DNA from: Eledone cirrhosa
Lineage: Eukaryota
Assembly (NCBI GenBank): GCA_964016885.1
Contig: OZ024759.1
Span: 8,556,001 to 8,620,000 of the forward strand
DNA length: 64,000 nucleotides
Direction: 5' to 3'
Shown: positions 60,596-64,000 of the stretch, one piece after another
How the letters are laid out: each line of letters starts with the position of its first letter
Numbering within the stretch: the first letter of the stretch is position 1
Made by a program: the position numbers and the translations under genes
The notes under the pieces: model-generated
The model's database searches: none
What the model saw: the letters and a program-made list of their open reading frames with translations, nothing else
What the model was told of the DNA's origin: nothing

Positions 60596-60918
60596 ACAGG
60601 GTGTATCAAAAAGAATGACCAGATTACTTGTTCAATATATGTCTGAATATAAAGTTTTCTTTTTTATAAATTTTTATAAAATTATTTACAATTTTTACAT
60701 GTCTTCAGTCTGTTTCAAGATGTCGACTCAGCAACAAAAAGGGTTTTACATCCTCCGTTTCAACAAGTATGAATCAGGAGGAGGGCATATTGAGCATTTG
60801 TCAAACTTGTATTTAAAACTTTATATTCAGACGTGTATTGTGGTATTGCATGATTTATGGTCATTTGTTTAAAAACTGACCTTTTGAAATTGGATGAAAT
60901 AATCTTGATACAGCCTCT
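60596..60918 (+). mobile_element. Internally deleted Tc1/mariner-type element
   Basis: Imperfect TIRs CAGGGTGTATCAA and TTGATACAGCCT; peptide MSTQQQKGFYILRFNKYES (transposase N-terminus-like) fused to GGHIEHL (typical C-terminus). Confidence 0.6.
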
Positions 60919-61709
60919 TATAGGTTAATCATAAAGTTTTCTGTGTAAGAATTAACTATGTACCTACTCTAATTTAAAATCCTGTCTAATTGTGTCTATT
61001 AATTGTAGTTTTTACGTCCACTTTTCTATGGATTTGTTGGGATGTTTCCCCTGATGTCAACACTTAGTCACAACACTTAGTCACATGATGTGTCTATTCT
61101 AAACAATGTTACACATGACACAATATTGTTTGTATATTTTTTTATAATTTGCTAATAATCTTTAATAATTCCATTTAAAAACTTGAGTTCCTTTATCCAT
61201 GGCAAGCAATTGTAGGAGTTTGTGAGGCATATTTCTTTCAATGCCTGCATTATTATCTCCATAAGAATGTATTTATATATGTCTCTAGGTAAATGACATA
61301 TTAAATACATATCATATATAACAAATTTAGATTTCATTTTTGATGAAGAAATGGAGGGATGTTGAGCTGGAAAAAACTTGTCTAACCCATGCAAGTAAAG
61401 AAAAGCAGATGTAAAAATAGTGATGATGATGATGAAGGGTGTCAGACTTAATTCATTTAAAACCATTGTGAAGCCTATAAGGTAGCTTTAGCCAAGACCA
61501 GTCTTTTGCAAGCATTTGGGCCTGATATCTGGTCTGATGGTAACTTATGGCAACTAGTCATGGAAGCGTTCTTCCATGACATTCAGAAAGCTGGGCTACA
61601 GTTGATTGGTTGAGGGATTCTGCCCTTCTTCCTCTCAGTTTAAGACCTTAAAACCAAAAATGTGCTACAAATTGTATAATTGTGGATCTTGTGTGGGTGT
61701 GTGTGTGAT

Positions 61710-61918
61710 CTATGAGACTATGGGAGTTTCTTCTGGTCCTGATGCTGCTGCAGCAGCAGGTGGTGGTGCTGTTGTTGTTGTTGCTGCTGTTGGTGGTGGT
61801 GGTGCTGGTTGTAGCGGTAGTGGAGGAATCAGTATGGCACGTAGCTTCTCGTTTAATTGAGAAATTTCAAGGTTGTACTTCTCGTATGACTTAACAAGCT
61901 GAGTGAAACGAACCAATC
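61710..61918 (-). CDS. C12orf57: C12orf57 terminal exon
   Basis: TTTTAG acceptor in matching phase; (G)LVRFTQLVKSYEKYNLEISQLNEKLRAILIPPLP...PIVS*. Confidence 0.88.
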
Positions 61919-61939
61919 CTAAAACAAAGAAAACTAAGT

Positions 61940-62512
61940 TTAACCCTTTATCATTTACATTACTCTATATATACTATTGTATTTTCACAGTAAAGGCTTT
62001 ACCTCACATAATATCTCACATGACATTTACATTACTCTATATATACTATTATATTTTCACAGTAAAGGCTTTACCTCACATAATATCTCACATGACATTT
62101 ACATTACTCTATATATACTATTGTATTGTCACAGTAAAGGCTTTACCTCACATAATATCTCACATAACATTTACATTACTCTATATATACTATTGTATTG
62201 TCACAGTAAAGGCTTTACCTTACATAATATCTCACATAACATTTACATTACTCTATATATACTATTGTATTGTCACAGTAAAGGCTTTACCTCACATAAT
62301 ATCTCACATAACATTTACATTACTCTATATATACTATTGTATTTTCACAGTAAAGGCTTTACCTCACATAACATTTACATTACTCTATACTATTGTATTT
62401 TTGCGGTAAACACTTTATTTCACATAATATCAAATCTATTAGATTTTGATATTTATTTTGAGAACAATACCTTAACATCAGTATGAGTGGCCAGTTACAG
62501 CTAAAGAGTTAA
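61940..62512. mobile_element. piggyBac-like MITE with internal 72-bp tandem array (~6 copies)
   Basis: TTAACCCTTTATCATTTA...GCTAAAGAGTTAA; unit CATTTACATTACTCTATATATACTATTG...CTCACATAA repeats every 72 bp. Confidence 0.8.
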
Positions 62513-62719
62513 AAAATACTGAGTTAACCTGAATCTGTGATACAAAACTTTTCTTTAAAATGTTTTGATTAACCTTTTCATTAAAGACATTTCCATGAAA
62601 TTAGAAAATAAACAACAACTTGGATTTAGTAATACAGAGGAACCTCAGTTGACAAACATCTCGGTTCATGAATAGCATCTCAAGTAAGAAACACACAAGC
62701 TGGCAACAATGGTTGGCAA

Positions 62720-63221
62720 CATATGGTAATGAAAGGGTTAATGACATAGACAGTGTCTTTCATTAGAAATATGGTAATGAAAGGGTTAATGACATAGACA
62801 GTGTCTTCCATTAGAAATATGGTAATGAAAGGGTTAATGACATAGACTGTGTCTTTCATTAGAAATATGGTAATGAAAGGGTTAATGACATAGACAGTGT
62901 CTTCCATTAGAAATATGGTAATGAAAGGGTTAATGACATAGACTGTGTCTTTCATTAGAAATATGGTAATGAAAGGGTTAATGACATAGACTGTGTCTTT
63001 CATTAGAAATATGGTAATGGAAGGGTTAATGACATAGACAGTGTCTTTCATTAGAAATATGGTAATGAAAGGGTTAATGACATAGACTGTCTTTCATTAG
63101 AAATATGGTAATGAAAGGGTTAATGACATAGACTGTGTCTTTCATTAGAAATATGGTAATGAAAGGGTTAATGACATAGACAGTGTCTTTCATTAGAAAT
63201 ATGGTAATGAAAGGGTTAATG
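62720..63221 (+). repeat. 48-bp minisatellite (~10 copies), same unit as 8789-9804
   Basis: Directly visible; identical consensus. Confidence 0.95.
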
Positions 63222-63725
63222 TTTTATACCAAGCTACTCCAAACTACCCCTAAAACAAACCACATATTTTAAAGGGTTCCTATTTAAATTATAATCTTCC
63301 AACATAATTTATTATTTTTGTTAAGTTATGTTACAAATACCATCTTAAAAATGAAATAATTATTTTAAGAAATCATTCCACATTCAGTGAAATAGTGTAT
63401 TTCATTAGAAATCAGGTCACAAGAGGGATAAATACCTCTAAGGATGGTCAACTGGGAGTTGTTAGAGCATTTGACAAAATGCATTGTGGCATTTGTTCTG
63501 ACTTTTTAAGTTTGGAGTTCAAATCCCACTGAAGTCAAATCTATCCTTTCCAGGATAGATTTGACTTTCCCTTATCCCCAGAAAATTTCTGGTCACACAC
63601 ATCAAAATGTTTCCACTCAGTAGCTTTAAAATGCTGTCATGCAGTAGTTTTAAATATTTTTGCTCAAATCACCAAACATTCTACTCAGCAGCCGAGAAAG
63701 TTAATGAAGGAATTAAACAACTAAC

Positions 63726-63902
63726 CTTCACCATTTCCTGGGAAGCCATATTTTTCAATGATGCCCATCTCAATTTGTGTTGCTAAAGGAAATACAAGCT
63801 GCATAGATTTCAGCATGTCATTGCCAGCACCTTCCCGAGCTTCGTCTAATCGAGCTAAATTTTCTTCCAAGTTCAATGTGTCAAGAATTTCATTAAGTAC
63901 CA
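63726..63902 (-). CDS. C12orf57: C12orf57/GRCC10 (protein C10) internal exon; first exon lies beyond the window
   Basis: TTTCAG acceptor and GTTAG donor; VLNEILDTLNLEENLARLDEAREGAGNDMLKSMQLVFPLATQIEMGIIEKYGFPGNGE matches the C10 family (EN..R.DEAR..A.NDM...Q.V.P.ATQI). Confidence 0.9.
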
Positions 63903-64000
63903 CTGAAATAGAAACAAATTAATTATCTAAATTATTATCATCATCATTAGTCATGTTGCTACTGTATTATTGAGCACGGCTCTGTGTGCCTTGGGAATGT

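Overview
Eukaryotic, intron-rich, AT-rich animal genomic DNA. The repeat landscape (tRNA-headed CORE-type SINEs, RTE LINEs with (GAT)n tails, (TA)n tracts) suggests a mollusc, probably an octopus-like cephalopod; this is inference. Four spliced genes can be rebuilt by hand from GT-AG exons with compatible phases: the 3' part of ZZZ3 (+, six exons, 994-35531), complete OSTC/DC2 (-, four exons, 149 aa), MRPS2 (+, putative first exon 41305-41368 and main exon 49452-50110) and the 3' part of C12orf57/C10 (-). About 60% of the window is tandem repeat: a >=19.5-kb 17/19-bp satellite with an assembly gap in the last ZZZ3 intron, an 8-kb 57-bp satellite and several 27-72-bp minisatellites. Most long ORFs in the ORF track are artefacts of these arrays. 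Most notable observations: (i) an RTE-type LINE insertion with a full twin-priming signature (5' inversion, 12-bp TSD, internal-primer microhomology) that splits a SINE; (ii) two complete and one degenerate minimal hammerhead ribozyme motif of Penelope/retrozyme type; (iii) several minisatellites apparently seeded from one segment of the shared LINE/SINE 3' tail or from TTAA-MITE ends, including an expanded and an unexpanded copy side by side; (iv) a PHD-like zinc finger inside an uninterrupted RTE reverse transcriptase ORF; (v) a ZZZ3 ZZ domain lacking the canonical Asp of the first CxxC. No prokaryotic-type system (CRISPR etc.) is present.
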